Source: a virus (Duplodnaviria; Caudoviricetes). Taken from it: a stretch of 53,894 nucleotides of DNA. The notes beneath the pieces are model-generated. The model saw only the letters and a list, made by a program, of their open reading frames with translations. It was not told the DNA's origin and ran no database searches. Location: the IMG/VR virus record IMGVR_UViG_3300050119_000052, positions 1 through 53,894 of that record; one strand, given 5' to 3'. Of the stretch, positions 10,205 through 20,374 are shown piece by piece (position 1 is the first letter of the stretch; every line of letters begins with the position of its first letter). The position numbers were made by a program, and so were the translations under genes.

Positions 10205-10692
10205 CTGATCCCGACGCGCATTACATGAAGCAGACGTTCCAGGAGGTCGTCGCCTACCCGCCCCACGGCCCACGCGCGTCCGATCCGTACTACCCGATTT
10301 TCGAGGCCGCGAAGCGCCACCTCGTCCACGTTCTAGGGGTGGGGTGCTGGATCGGCGGGGCCACCCTCGCGCAGATTACGGCGGGCCTACCCGCCGGGCA
10401 TCGGTGCCTCGGTGCCAAGCAGTTGGAGGCGCATCACGCGGTAGCGGAGTTCGCTGGGCTGAATGCGGTCGATTGGCAGAAGGTAGCGGCCGACTTCCCG
10501 CAGGTCGGGATTCATTCCGACGCCGACTTTCTTCGGTTCGCCGAATCAGAAGGCGGCCTATCGATTCTCTGCGACAAACATCATCGGCTCGGCAACACAG
10601 GCATTCATGCTGTGACGTACCCAGTGTGGCTGCTTGACCGCTATGCCCGAGCGGACTGGGAATTCCTGCCCGTTCAACCGCCTCACGTGTGA
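10201..10692 (+). CDS. hypothetical His/Cys-rich protein (HNH-like pattern)
   Basis: GCWIGG...LEAHH...LCDKHHR...GIH. Confidence 0.55.
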   Translation: MTDPDAHYMKQTFQEVVAYPPHGPRASDPYYPIFEAAKRHLVHVLGVGCWIGGATLAQITAGLPAGHRCLGAKQLEAHHAVAEFAGLNAVDWQKVAADFPQVGIHSDADFLRFAESEGGLSILCDKHHRLGNTGIHAVTYPVWLLDRYARADWEFLPVQPPHV

Positions 10693-10864
10693 CTGATCCG
10701 CGTTGCCGATTCACACCCAGGGACGAATGGGATTCGGCGTGGCTCCGGGGCATCCGCGTCATCGACGCACCCGAACTGACGAACACCGACCGCGAATGGC
10801 TGAACGAGCACTTGGAGCTCGCAGCGTCACGGGACAGGTACCGCACATCTAAAAGGGGAATCAG

Positions 10865-11719
10865 TTGAGTCAGCACAAGTATGGGTGGATCCCGACCCCG
10901 GAGGCTGAGAAGGCGCTTGCGCCGACGCGGCTGTTCGACGCGAGCAAGCCGCTCCCTGCGTCGGTGGATCTGCGCACGTCGGGGTTCATGCCGCCCGTCT
11001 ACGACCAGGGCCAGCTCGGTTCCTGCACCGCGAATGGTGGGGCTGGGGCGATCGCCTACGACCTCGCGAAGCAAGGCCAGCCCGGGTTCATGCCGAGTCG
11101 CTTGTTCATCTACTACAACGAGCGGGTCCTCGGCGGCGACGTCGACCAGGACGGCGGGGCGACGATCACCCAAGACGCCGCCGCGATGAACAAGTGGGGT
11201 GCCTGCCCGGAAACCCCCGACGACCCGTACGACATCGCCAAGTTCACCGTCAAGCCATCCAAGAAAGCGTATTCGGATGGGCTCCTTCGCCGGTCGGTGG
11301 ACTACCAGCAGGTCCAGCAGTCGGAACAGGCCATCAGGAGTGTCCTCGCGGATGGCATTCCGGTGCTGATCGGGTTCACCGTGTACGACACGTTCGAGTC
11401 CCAGGCCGTCGCCGAGAACGGGATCGTGCCGATGCCCCAGTCGGACGAGCAGGTCCTCGGCGGCCATTGTGTCCTGGTCGTGGGTTACGAGCAGCTCAAC
11501 GGGGAGCCGTACTGGATCGCCCGGAACTCTTGGGGTCCGGGTTGGGGCGACCAGGGCTACTTCTACTTCCCGAAGCAGTACCTACTCGACAACCAGCTCG
11601 CATCGGACTTTTGGACGATTCAGACGGTCTCGGCGCCGAACAACGGCGACCCGGCACCACACACCGACTGGCTCGACCGCATCGCCGACGACATCTGGCA
11701 CTTCGTAGAGAAGGTCTGA
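10865..11719 (+). CDS. papain-family (C1A) cysteine peptidase
   Basis: DQGQLGSCTAN (oxyanion Gln and catalytic Cys), GGHCVLVVGY (His), RNSWG (Asn). Confidence 0.92.
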   Translation: MSQHKYGWIPTPEAEKALAPTRLFDASKPLPASVDLRTSGFMPPVYDQGQLGSCTANGGAGAIAYDLAKQGQPGFMPSRLFIYYNERVLGGDVDQDGGATITQDAAAMNKWGACPETPDDPYDIAKFTVKPSKKAYSDGLLRRSVDYQQVQQSEQAIRSVLADGIPVLIGFTVYDTFESQAVAENGIVPMPQSDEQVLGGHCVLVVGYEQLNGEPYWIARNSWGPGWGDQGYFYFPKQYLLDNQLASDFWTIQTVSAPNNGDPAPHTDWLDRIADDIWHFVEKV

Positions 11720-11720
11720 C

Positions 11721-13226
11721 ATGCCATTGACCAGCGCGCAACTCGCCGCGTTGCAAGCCGAAGCGAAGGCCGCGACCGTTGCCGCCACTGCCGCGATCGG
11801 CGCAGCGTCAGCAGCCGCATCCGCGGCGAGCACTCTCACGGTGACCGTCAGTGGTCTCACTGCGGATCCGACACCTGCGCCGCCTCCACCGCCGGTCACC
11901 TCGTATGCGGTGACCGGGCTCGCCGCAGTGGTCGGCCCGGGCGCAGGTCAGATCACCGTCAGTTGGACGAATCCGACCCCGGCGCCGACGAGCGTCGACA
12001 TCGGCCGTAACGGTGTCGAATCCGGTGGTGGCGCACCGAACTGGTCGGGCACCATGACGGGCGCCCCGGTGACGGTGACGTTCAACAACTTGGCGACCGC
12101 CTTCGAATACGAGTTCACGATCACCCCGGTGCAGGCGTCCGGTGCGGGCACTCCGAGCACGGTGCAGTGCGAGATCCCCGCAGTGACTCCTACCCCGACG
12201 CCGACTCCTACACCCACGCCGACTCCTACGCCGAGCGGGACGACGCTGCCGTTCAGTGTGGGCGTCTACGTCGGCGACCCGCCCACTGCGGCGGCGATGA
12301 GCGGCTACGACACGTGGCTCGGGCACCCGACCGGGTTCGTGACCATCTTTCCGGGCCACTACGACGACCCGTCGACGATGGACCCGACGGGCGAGATGGC
12401 TCCGGTGTTGGCGGCCGGCAAGATCCCGATCGTGCAGTGCGAGCTGGTCATCTTCCAGGACGCCGGGGAGACGTGGCGCAACGGCATCAACGCCGCCAGT
12501 TCAACTGGCGACACGTACGGTCAGCGAGCCACGAAATGGGCCACGAATGTTGCCGCCGCGATGAAGGCCGCGAACATGGCCGACGTTCCGGTGCCGGTTC
12601 GGCTGATGAGCGAAGCCAACAACGCCAGCGCCGATGGCAGCGATAGCGGAGCAGCGGTCAACCAGTACAGCAGTACTGACGTCGCGCTCTACATCGCGTT
12701 CTTCAAGGGCGCCTACACACTGATGAAGGCCGCCAACCCGAACCTGATCATCCTGGCCGACTGGTCCTACGACCCGACCGGCGCGAGCCTGACCGTCCTC
12801 TACCCCGGTGATGGGTTCTGCGACGGCATCGGCATGGACTACTACGACTTCCTCTACCCGTGGGGGTCCGGGTTCACGACCCAAGCCGCGCAGGTCGCGA
12901 CGAACTTCGGTGGCTACCAGGGCGGCGCTGGTTACCAGTCGTACATCACCTGGGCGCAAGGCAAGGGATTGTGGTTCTTCATCCCCGAGTTCGGTATCGG
13001 GTGGACGAGTGCACCGCCGACCGACCAGAACGCGCTCGCCTGGCAAACCATGTTCGAGGCGCTCGAGGCCAGCGCGGCAGCGGGCGGCAAGATCGGCGGC
13101 GTCAGCTTCTGGGAGACCGCTTACCCGGGCGGCAACATGGCCGGCAATTCGTCGGTGCCGTTGTCGCAGGCCGCGTATCTGGCGACGTTCGGTTCGCTGC
13201 CCTCCGCGCCCTGGCCGCGGGCGTAG
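11721..13226 (+). CDS. FN3-like domain + (PT)n linker + GH26-like glycoside hydrolase
   Basis: ITVSWT...YEFTITP FN3 pattern; PT repeat linker; RLMSEAN, YPGD...IGMDYYD and IPEFG motifs of GH26. Confidence 0.75.
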   Translation: MPLTSAQLAALQAEAKAATVAATAAIGAASAAASAASTLTVTVSGLTADPTPAPPPPPVTSYAVTGLAAVVGPGAGQITVSWTNPTPAPTSVDIGRNGVESGGGAPNWSGTMTGAPVTVTFNNLATAFEYEFTITPVQASGAGTPSTVQCEIPAVTPTPTPTPTPTPTPTPSGTTLPFSVGVYVGDPPTAAAMSGYDTWLGHPTGFVTIFPGHYDDPSTMDPTGEMAPVLAAGKIPIVQCELVIFQDAGETWRNGINAASSTGDTYGQRATKWATNVAAAMKAANMADVPVPVRLMSEANNASADGSDSGAAVNQYSSTDVALYIAFFKGAYTLMKAANPNLIILADWSYDPTGASLTVLYPGDGFCDGIGMDYYDFLYPWGSGFTTQAAQVATNFGGYQGGAGYQSYITWAQGKGLWFFIPEFGIGWTSAPPTDQNALAWQTMFEALEASAAAGGKIGGVSFWETAYPGGNMAGNSSVPLSQAAYLATFGSLPSAPWPRA

Positions 13227-13323
13227 TCGACTTCTACGGGCTGCTGCGAGCCGATGGCAGCGCAAAGCCCGCGCTCACCGCTTTCGCCTAATACCCACCC
13301 ATGCCCTGAAAGGGAGTTCGGCT

Positions 13324-13647
13324 ATGCCGCTAAAAGTAACCCGCATCAGCACCAATGAGGACGGGTCGCCGCACTACCACTACGAGCAGGACCCGCCCGA
13401 CCCGTCGAAGCCAGTTGTGTTCACCGGACCCGTGAAGGGACCGATCACCCTGCTCGACGGCACCACGTACGAGGTGTCGCCGGACTTCATCGAGGTTCAG
13501 TCCCACGAACATGCGGGCGAGTTGTCGCATCACATCGGGGTGCGGCACGAAACCGACGGTCACCCGCTGCACACCGACGGTGAGCCGTTCGTGCACGAAT
13601 GCACCGACGCTTGCGGCCCCGCCAATCGCCAGAAGGTGAGCAAGTAA
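13324..13647 (+). CDS. hypothetical protein
   Basis: RBS AAGGGAG; His-rich; coupled to the next gene. Confidence 0.55.
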   Translation: MPLKVTRISTNEDGSPHYHYEQDPPDPSKPVVFTGPVKGPITLLDGTTYEVSPDFIEVQSHEHAGELSHHIGVRHETDGHPLHTDGEPFVHECTDACGPANRQKVSK

Positions 13648-14018
13648 TGGCTCTCGCATCCTCGGCCGCGGAGAACGCGGCCCTCAACGGCATCGCGGGT
13701 GTCGGCTCGACGAACACCGTCCCCGACATGAGCCTGCACACCGCAACCCCCGGTACTACGGGGGCGTCGGAGAACGCCAACTCGGGTTCGTACGCCCGGC
13801 AGGCGGTGTCGTGGAACGTGGCGTCCGGTGGGTCGATGACGAACTCGAACACGCAGACGTTCACCACGGCGGGTTCGGTCGCGGTGTCGTACATCGGGAC
13901 CTGGTCGTCGGCGACGTATGCGGGTGGCACGTACGCCATCGGCGCGGCCCTGAACTCGTCGGTGACGGCTACGTCGATCGTGATCGCGTCTGGCGCGGCG
14001 TCGTTCTCGGCGTCGTGA
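13647..14018 (+). CDS. virion/tail-fibre-associated small protein
   Basis: SLHTATPG..G..E....YARQAV.W motif of a common actinophage tail-fibre family. Confidence 0.65.
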   Translation: MALASSAAENAALNGIAGVGSTNTVPDMSLHTATPGTTGASENANSGSYARQAVSWNVASGGSMTNSNTQTFTTAGSVAVSYIGTWSSATYAGGTYAIGAALNSSVTATSIVIASGAASFSAS

Positions 14019-14061
14019 CGAGCGCCCGCTGACCGTTACCGCCCGCGAGAGGCGGTGAACT

Positions 14062-16323
14062 GTGGCTGTTGCATTCGACGCGGTCGGCCCGTCAGCGGCG
14101 GGCACCGACACGTTCGTCTTTTCCGGCACGACCGGCTCACTCACGTGGTCGCACACTGTCGGCGCGGCCGGCACCAACCGCTGCTTGTTCGTCGCTGTCT
14201 CCTTCGGTAACGAGGGGGGCAGCGACGCCTCGACGGCGGTCACCGTCACCTATGCCGGTGTGTCCATGACGAGTATCGGCGTGGTCCACGCCGACAACTC
14301 CACGGTCGGTTTCGTTCAATTGTTCGGTCTCGTCGCGCCTGCGACCGGCGCGAACAACGTCGTCGTTTCCGTCACTGGCATTCCGACAGCGGCGACGGAC
14401 AACAACACGATCATCGGCGGGTCGGTCAGCTTCACTGGCGTCAACCAGACGACCGGGTGGGGCACAGGCGTCACCGCCTACGGCAACTCGGCCGCTCCCA
14501 GCGCCGCCGTCACGGGCGGCTCGACGTCGGAGATGGTCATCGACGCCGTCACCAGCGGTACCGGTGGCACCACCTCGACTCAGACGAACCGCTGGACGCT
14601 CAACGCGAACACCTATTCCGGGGCGGGTAACTCGGCTTCTTCGACAGCGGCCGGTAGCGCCTCGAGCGTCACCATGTCGTACTCGATCACCAGCGACTAC
14701 TGGGGGATCGTCGCGTGCCGCGTCGAAGCGGCCAGCGGCACGATCACGGCTACGGGTTCGATCACCTTGTCGGGTGCCGACGTCTGGGACGAGCCGGCCA
14801 GCGGCAGCCTCACACTCACGGGCGCGGCGTCCACTTCCGGGCGGGCGACCGCGTCGGGGGCACTGTCGCTCAGCGGTGCCGGCACCTGGAACGAGCCGGC
14901 CAGCGGTAGTTTGTCGCTCGCCGGTACAACGACGTGGAACGAACCCTCTAACGATTCGCTCTCCTTGTCCGGCGCCGCGTCCAGCGTCGCCCACGCGACC
15001 GCGTTAGGCAGCCTGTCCCTCACGGGTGCAGCGACCTGGTCGACCGGTTCGGCCGGATCCGTTACCTTCTCCGGCGCCGCATCGGGTGCAACGGAACCGA
15101 CCGCAGCCGGCGCGCTGACTCTCAGCGGCGCCGCCACGTGGGACGAACCCGCCAGCGGCTCACTGTCGCTATCCGCCGCATCGACCTGGTCGGAACCAGC
15201 GTCGGGGTCGCTCAGCCTGACCGGCGCCGTCAACAACGCCATCACCGCGGCCGGTGCACTGACCCTCACGGGTGCCGCCACCTGGTCCGAGCAGCCAACT
15301 GATTCGCTGTCTCTCACGGGGGCCGCGTCGGCGACTGGGAACCCCGCCGCCGCTGGCAGCCTGTCGCTGGCCGGTGCCGCTACGTGGAACGCCACCGCCG
15401 CCGGTTCCCTATCACTGTCGGGCGCGTCGACCTGGTCCGAGCAACCATCCGGCGCTATCACCCTGTCCGGTGCGGGCACCTGGACCGAACCCGCCAGCGG
15501 CGCTATCACGCTCACAGGTGCGACCACCTGGTCCGAGCAGCCATCCGGCAGTCTGACCTTCAGCGGGTCCGCATCGGGTAAGGCGGAACCGACCGCCGCC
15601 GGCAGCGTCACGCTGTCCGGGGACGTCAACAACGCCATCATCACCACCGGTTCGTTGTCCCTTACCGGCGCCGCATCGGCGAGCGGCGAACCGACCGGCA
15701 GCGGCTCAGTCACCCTCACCGGCTCATCGACGTGGGACGAACCGGCGAGCGGTGCGATCAGCCTGGCCGGTTCGGCCACGATCACCCAAACCACCACCGC
15801 GTCGGGTTCGGTCACACTGACCAGCACCGCGTCGGAGTTCGTGACCCCGTCGGCGGCTGGGTCGGTTGTTCTCTCCGGTGCCGCTCTCGCCTACACCACG
15901 ACCACCACCGCCGGGGCGATCACACTAACCGGGGTCGCAGCACCGTACGTTCCCGCAACCGCGTCCGGGTCGATAACCCTCACCGGGACGGCGACTGTCG
16001 CCTCGGCGACACTCACCAAGGTCACGGTCACCGGAGACTTCAACAACACCGCACTAAGCAACGCGATTGGCACGGTGGCGTTCACACCGTCGAGCCCCCT
16101 ACGCGCACCGGCAGCAGGGATATTCGTCGTCCCGTCCACGAAGATCATCCAACTGGCCAACGGCGCGTTCGCGGTGCAGCTGATAGCGACCGACAACCCG
16201 GGGTTGACCCCGCCTGGTTGGACGTATTACTGCGAGATCCGGGTCACCGGGTCACCCGTCAAGTACTTCACGTTCAGCCTGCCGTCCGCACCTTCACCGG
16301 TCGACCTTTCGACTCTGATCTAG
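14062..16323 (+). CDS. repeat-rich tail fibre/virion protein
   Basis: More than 20 imperfect repeats of about 16-19 aa (ASGSLSLSGAATWxEP). Confidence 0.7.
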   Translation: MAVAFDAVGPSAAGTDTFVFSGTTGSLTWSHTVGAAGTNRCLFVAVSFGNEGGSDASTAVTVTYAGVSMTSIGVVHADNSTVGFVQLFGLVAPATGANNVVVSVTGIPTAATDNNTIIGGSVSFTGVNQTTGWGTGVTAYGNSAAPSAAVTGGSTSEMVIDAVTSGTGGTTSTQTNRWTLNANTYSGAGNSASSTAAGSASSVTMSYSITSDYWGIVACRVEAASGTITATGSITLSGADVWDEPASGSLTLTGAASTSGRATASGALSLSGAGTWNEPASGSLSLAGTTTWNEPSNDSLSLSGAASSVAHATALGSLSLTGAATWSTGSAGSVTFSGAASGATEPTAAGALTLSGAATWDEPASGSLSLSAASTWSEPASGSLSLTGAVNNAITAAGALTLTGAATWSEQPTDSLSLTGAASATGNPAAAGSLSLAGAATWNATAAGSLSLSGASTWSEQPSGAITLSGAGTWTEPASGAITLTGATTWSEQPSGSLTFSGSASGKAEPTAAGSVTLSGDVNNAIITTGSLSLTGAASASGEPTGSGSVTLTGSSTWDEPASGAISLAGSATITQTTTASGSVTLTSTASEFVTPSAAGSVVLSGAALAYTTTTTAGAITLTGVAAPYVPATASGSITLTGTATVASATLTKVTVTGDFNNTALSNAIGTVAFTPSSPLRAPAAGIFVVPSTKIIQLANGAFAVQLIATDNPGLTPPGWTYYCEIRVTGSPVKYFTFSLPSAPSPVDLSTLI

Positions 16324-16331
16324 GGAGCATC

Positions 16332-19300
16332 GTGACGCTTTCGATGGTGACGGTCACGGGTGACCTCGGCGACGTCTCCCTGGGCCCGGTGATGGGCACC
16401 GTGTCGTTCACTCCGCCGAGTTATCTGGTCGCCGCACCCGAGTCGCTGATCTTCCCGCCGTCACCGGTCACCGTCACCTTGTCCAACGAGGGCACCTTCA
16501 CTGTGGAACTCGTCGCCTGCGATAACGCCGACCTTCAGCCGACCGACTGGACGTACTACATCGAGGTCAAGATCCCCGGTATCCCGGTCATCTTCTTCAA
16601 CGCCTACATCCCGTCCGAGCCGTCCACGGTGGACCTGAGCGACCTGATCCCGGTGCCGGCTTCGATCGGTGTCGCATACGGGTTCGCGACCGCGGCTGCG
16701 CTCGCCACCGAGGTCGCCGCGCGGATCGCTGGCGACCTCACGCTGACCGAGGCGATCGCAGCACTGTCTGGCACATATGCCCGGGCCCTTAGCCGCACTT
16801 CAGTGAAGACCGGGAACTACTCGGCCGGCGCGGGCGATCTCGTTCCGTGGGACCTGTCCGGTGGGTCGTACATCCAGACGTTGCCCGCTGTACCAGCCGA
16901 CAAGACCGTGGTCGCTGCCAAGATCATCGTGACGCCGAACTCGACCAACACGCTCACTATCGCGTCGGCCGGCTCGGATGTGTTCAACAAAGCTGGCGGC
17001 TCGACGACGCTCACGCTGCTCGGTGCCAACCGAGGTGTCCTGCTGCAATACGACGTCCTCACCGGTATCTGGACGGTCCTTTCCGATGATCTGCCACTGA
17101 GCTTCCTCGATACTCGCTACACCCTGGCGCCCCTTTCGTTCGCGGCGCAATCAGTTCTGACCTCAGGCGCGTCGTCGGGTTCTGCACTCACGTGGACAGC
17201 CGCATCTGCGACGGTCGCCCGGGCGCTCGGCTGGGTGGTGGTAACCGACCCGCAGTTCGGGGCGAAAGGCAACGTTCAGCACTCCAGCAACGTGTCGATG
17301 ACGTCGGGCGTCAGCCCGGTCCTGACGGACAACGCGGCCACCGCGAACTGGACATCGGCGAACATCGGCCAGCCGATCGTCGTTTCGGTGACAGGCACGA
17401 CCGCCTACACGGCGACTATCGCGTCGGTGCAATCGGCCACGCAGGTCACGCTCTCGGGGACCGCCGGGTCTTCGGTCGCGAACCGCACCGCAACCTGGGG
17501 CAGCGACGACACTGCCGCGATTCAGGCGGCGATCAACTCACTGCCCAACGGCGGAAGTGTCTACTTCCCGGACCTCTGGTTCTTCGCGGCGAACCTCCGC
17601 ATCCCGACCATCTGCCTGGCGTTCCGGGGCAGCAATTCGCAGGCTTACGGGTTCGCGAGCGCGCGCGGTATCGGGCCGGCCATACAGACCACGCCTGGCG
17701 CGCCGACGAGTGGTGTCGGCGCCGTCGTGCTCGGGTCGCCTGGTTCGGGCTACACCAGCGCACCGACAGTCAGCTTCAGCGGCGGCGGCGGAACGGGCGC
17801 AGCGGCGACCGCCTACATCTCGGGCGGCGTCGTCCAAGCATTCCGAATCACAGATCCCGGGATCGGCTACACCTCCGCACCAACCGTCACTCTGACGGGC
17901 GGCGGTGGGACAGGTGCGTCTGCGACCTCGGTCGCGTTGACACCTCTTTTCTACACGTCTGGGACTCCCGGGAATCTGGTCGAGTTCGACTCCTTGATGT
18001 TGTCTGGCGGCAACGTGGGTGGCACTCAGGGGCTCGTTTTCCACAACGTCGCCAACCTGATGGTCAACAACTGCCGTCTCTACGGGTTCGACGTCGAAGC
18101 GCTCTGGCTGATGGCAGGTTCGGGCGGCACGATCTCCGACTGCAAGATCTTCGGGGTCAACCGGTCCAGCGCGATCTACATCTCGGGCTCGCTGCGTGTC
18201 GGCGGTAGCGACATGCAGCTGACCAACCTGGAGATCGGCGGCGGCTTCACCAACGACCAGGTCAATCTTTGGAACGCCGCGTTCTATGTCGATGGCGGCA
18301 GCGCGATGATGGCTGCCAATGTTGTCGGCGAAGGCGCCGATATCGGTGGTCGGATCACGGGCCAGAACAACCGCTTCGTCAACTCTCGTTGCGACATCAA
18401 CTATGGACACGGCTGGCTCCTGATCCGTGATGTCGCAAGCTTTTCACCACCTGTCGGGAACTACTTCACCAGCTGCTGGGGCCACCGCAACTCGAAGTAC
18501 GGAAGCAACCTCTTCGACAACTTCCATGTCGACGGCAACTCCTCGGTATCGAACAACCACTTCTTGTCGCCCAACTCGACCATCGGCTCGGGTGATACGT
18601 GGCAGATCCGGTACGGCTTCTACGACGGATCAAGCAACAGCACCGTCCTTGACCTTTCGTCAACGGGTGCGATCACCGCGCCATCGTTCGGCCTGTCGAG
18701 CCTGCCCAACATTCAGGTGTTCACCTCGAGCGGTACGTGGACGGCGCCGCCGGGCGCGAACACGGTTGAGGTATGGCTGATGGCAGGCGGGGGTGGTGGT
18801 GCGTCCGGTGAGAACTCCGCGAGCAGCGCAGTCGCCGCTGGCGGTGGCGGCGGTGGCGGTGGCGCGAAGTCGTATCACAAATTCATAGCGTCGGACCTGA
18901 CGTCCACCGTCCCGATTACAGTCGGAAGCGGCGGCGCCGGCGCCGCTGCGATATCAGCCACAAGCACTCCCGGCGCGGTGGGCAGCAACGGCGGCTCGTC
19001 GAGTTTCGGCTCCTATCTTCAGGCGGTTGCCGGGTCCGGTGCTAGTGCAGCTTCTTCATCTTCAGCGAACGGTGGGGGGGGCGGCGGCGGCACGTTCAAC
19101 GGTGGACAGGGCGCCGCTGGAAGTGTCACAGGCGCCGCTGGAAATAACGCAGCGGCCATCAGCACGGCCGGTGGTGGGGGCGGCGCGGGCGGCGGTGTTT
19201 CCAGCGGCAACGTCGCCGCAGTAGGAGGAACAGGGTTCTCCGACAACGACCGGCCCGGTAATGGCGGCGGCCAAGGCGGCGCTATCGCCACCAACGGCAC

Positions 19301-19511
19301 TTCGGGGATCAACCGGATCCCAGCCAATGAGGCGCTCGGCGGTACAGGCGGCGGTGGCGGTGGCGGCGCTGTGGGAGCCAACGGGGGCAACGGAGGCGCA
19401 GCTGCTCTCTATGGAGGTGGTGGCGGCGGTGGCGGTGCAGCTCAGACGGGGCATACCTCAGGTGCGGGCGGTGCTGGTGCCGGTGGCATCTGCATCGTGA
19501 TCACCACGTAA
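16332..19511 (+). CDS. tail spike/receptor-binding protein with pectate-lyase-like beta-helix and Gly-rich C-terminus
   Basis: RBS GGGAG then GTG; FGAKG...DDTAAIQAAIN...VYFP; parallel beta-helix repeats; FTSSGTWT..GGGGGG tail. Confidence 0.8.
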   Translation: MTLSMVTVTGDLGDVSLGPVMGTVSFTPPSYLVAAPESLIFPPSPVTVTLSNEGTFTVELVACDNADLQPTDWTYYIEVKIPGIPVIFFNAYIPSEPSTVDLSDLIPVPASIGVAYGFATAAALATEVAARIAGDLTLTEAIAALSGTYARALSRTSVKTGNYSAGAGDLVPWDLSGGSYIQTLPAVPADKTVVAAKIIVTPNSTNTLTIASAGSDVFNKAGGSTTLTLLGANRGVLLQYDVLTGIWTVLSDDLPLSFLDTRYTLAPLSFAAQSVLTSGASSGSALTWTAASATVARALGWVVVTDPQFGAKGNVQHSSNVSMTSGVSPVLTDNAATANWTSANIGQPIVVSVTGTTAYTATIASVQSATQVTLSGTAGSSVANRTATWGSDDTAAIQAAINSLPNGGSVYFPDLWFFAANLRIPTICLAFRGSNSQAYGFASARGIGPAIQTTPGAPTSGVGAVVLGSPGSGYTSAPTVSFSGGGGTGAAATAYISGGVVQAFRITDPGIGYTSAPTVTLTGGGGTGASATSVALTPLFYTSGTPGNLVEFDSLMLSGGNVGGTQGLVFHNVANLMVNNCRLYGFDVEALWLMAGSGGTISDCKIFGVNRSSAIYISGSLRVGGSDMQLTNLEIGGGFTNDQVNLWNAAFYVDGGSAMMAANVVGEGADIGGRITGQNNRFVNSRCDINYGHGWLLIRDVASFSPPVGNYFTSCWGHRNSKYGSNLFDNFHVDGNSSVSNNHFLSPNSTIGSGDTWQIRYGFYDGSSNSTVLDLSSTGAITAPSFGLSSLPNIQVFTSSGTWTAPPGANTVEVWLMAGGGGGASGENSASSAVAAGGGGGGGGAKSYHKFIASDLTSTVPITVGSGGAGAAAISATSTPGAVGSNGGSSSFGSYLQAVAGSGASAASSSSANGGGGGGGTFNGGQGAAGSVTGAAGNNAAAISTAGGGGGAGGGVSSGNVAAVGGTGFSDNDRPGNGGGQGGAIATNGTSGINRIPANEALGGTGGGGGGGAVGANGGNGGAAALYGGGGGGGGAAQTGHTSGAGGAGAGGICIVITT

Positions 19512-19618
19512 GTCACCACTCCTGCATCGTCTGGACCCATCGATTGCGGCAATCCTCCGAGCAGAACTATGTAGCACCCTCGTACAGCACCGCCCTAACC
19601 CTCACGGGTTTCTTTGTT

Positions 19619-19691
19619 GTCGCTCCACCAGCTCCCTCACCTAACACCCCCCGCGTGTTGACAGAGGTTGAGCTGGCGGAGCGACTTTTTT
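19619..19691 (+). terminator. long hairpin with T-tract between convergent genes
   Basis: GTCGCTCC-A-CCAGCTC...GAGCTGG-C-GGAGCGAC followed by TTTTTT. Confidence 0.7.
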
Positions 19692-19695
19692 GCGT

Positions 19696-20322
19696 TCAGC
19701 CCGTGACGGCGATATTCCAGTCGCATTCCGAATCAATCGACAAGGAGTAAGTCCCCGCGCCGTGCTCGACGGTGCTGCTGTTGCCCTTGATCGCCATCTC
19801 GTTCACACCGGGCTTGGTGAAGTCGAGTTGGCCTTTGCTGTCGTTGATGTCGATCGCGAAGTTACCGGCCTGCCCGAAGTTGGTGCAATCGTAGTTGTAG
19901 GCGATCGTCCACTGGTCTTGCGTGACGGTGAAGTTCGCGGAGTTCTTGGTCCCGTTCCCGGCGAGGGTGAGTACCGTCTTCGCTGCGGTGTTCGGCTGCC
20001 CGCTGGCTGGTGGAGCGGCCACGTTCGAGGCGCCGGATGAACTGGCCGCGATGATGTTCGTCGAGGCGGTCTGGTTCGACTTGCCGCCGCCGCTGGCGAT
20101 CGACACGATGATGACGATCAGGATGATGAGTCCAACGCCGCCGAGGAGACTGTTACGGATGCGGTGGTGCTTCTTCTTGGGTGGCTTCCCCGGTACGTAG
20201 CCGGGCGGGGGCCCGTAGCCGGGGAGCGGCGCCCCGCCTGGCGCTTGAGTGTATTGGTAGGCCTGCGGCGGTAGTTGCCCTTGGGTTGGCTGCTGCCATT
20301 GAGGTGGGTCTTGGTACGTCAT
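19696..20322 (-). CDS. single-pass membrane protein with Pro/Gln-rich N-terminus (lysogenic cargo)
   Basis: MTYQDPPQWQQP..., KKKHHR then TM, then extracellular beta domain with two Cys; downstream of the integrase. Confidence 0.75.
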   Translation of the reverse strand: MTYQDPPQWQQPTQGQLPPQAYQYTQAPGGAPLPGYGPPPGYVPGKPPKKKHHRIRNSLLGGVGLIILIVIIVSIASGGGKSNQTASTNIIAASSSGASNVAAPPASGQPNTAAKTVLTLAGNGTKNSANFTVTQDQWTIAYNYDCTNFGQAGNFAIDINDSKGQLDFTKPGVNEMAIKGNSSTVEHGAGTYSLSIDSECDWNIAVTG

Positions 20323-20374
20323 CTGGTCCCCCTGTAGATATTGAGTGGATCGTGCGCTGAATGTCAGAGCGGTG

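Noticed and set aside
12185-12235. Tandem nucleotide repeat as a regulatory element
   Set aside because: Encodes the (PT)n linker of the glycoside hydrolase.
14740-15990. Diversity-generating retroelement or DNA-level repeat array
   Set aside because: Repeats are protein-level with synonymous divergence; no reverse transcriptase and no adenine-specific TR/VR pair seen.
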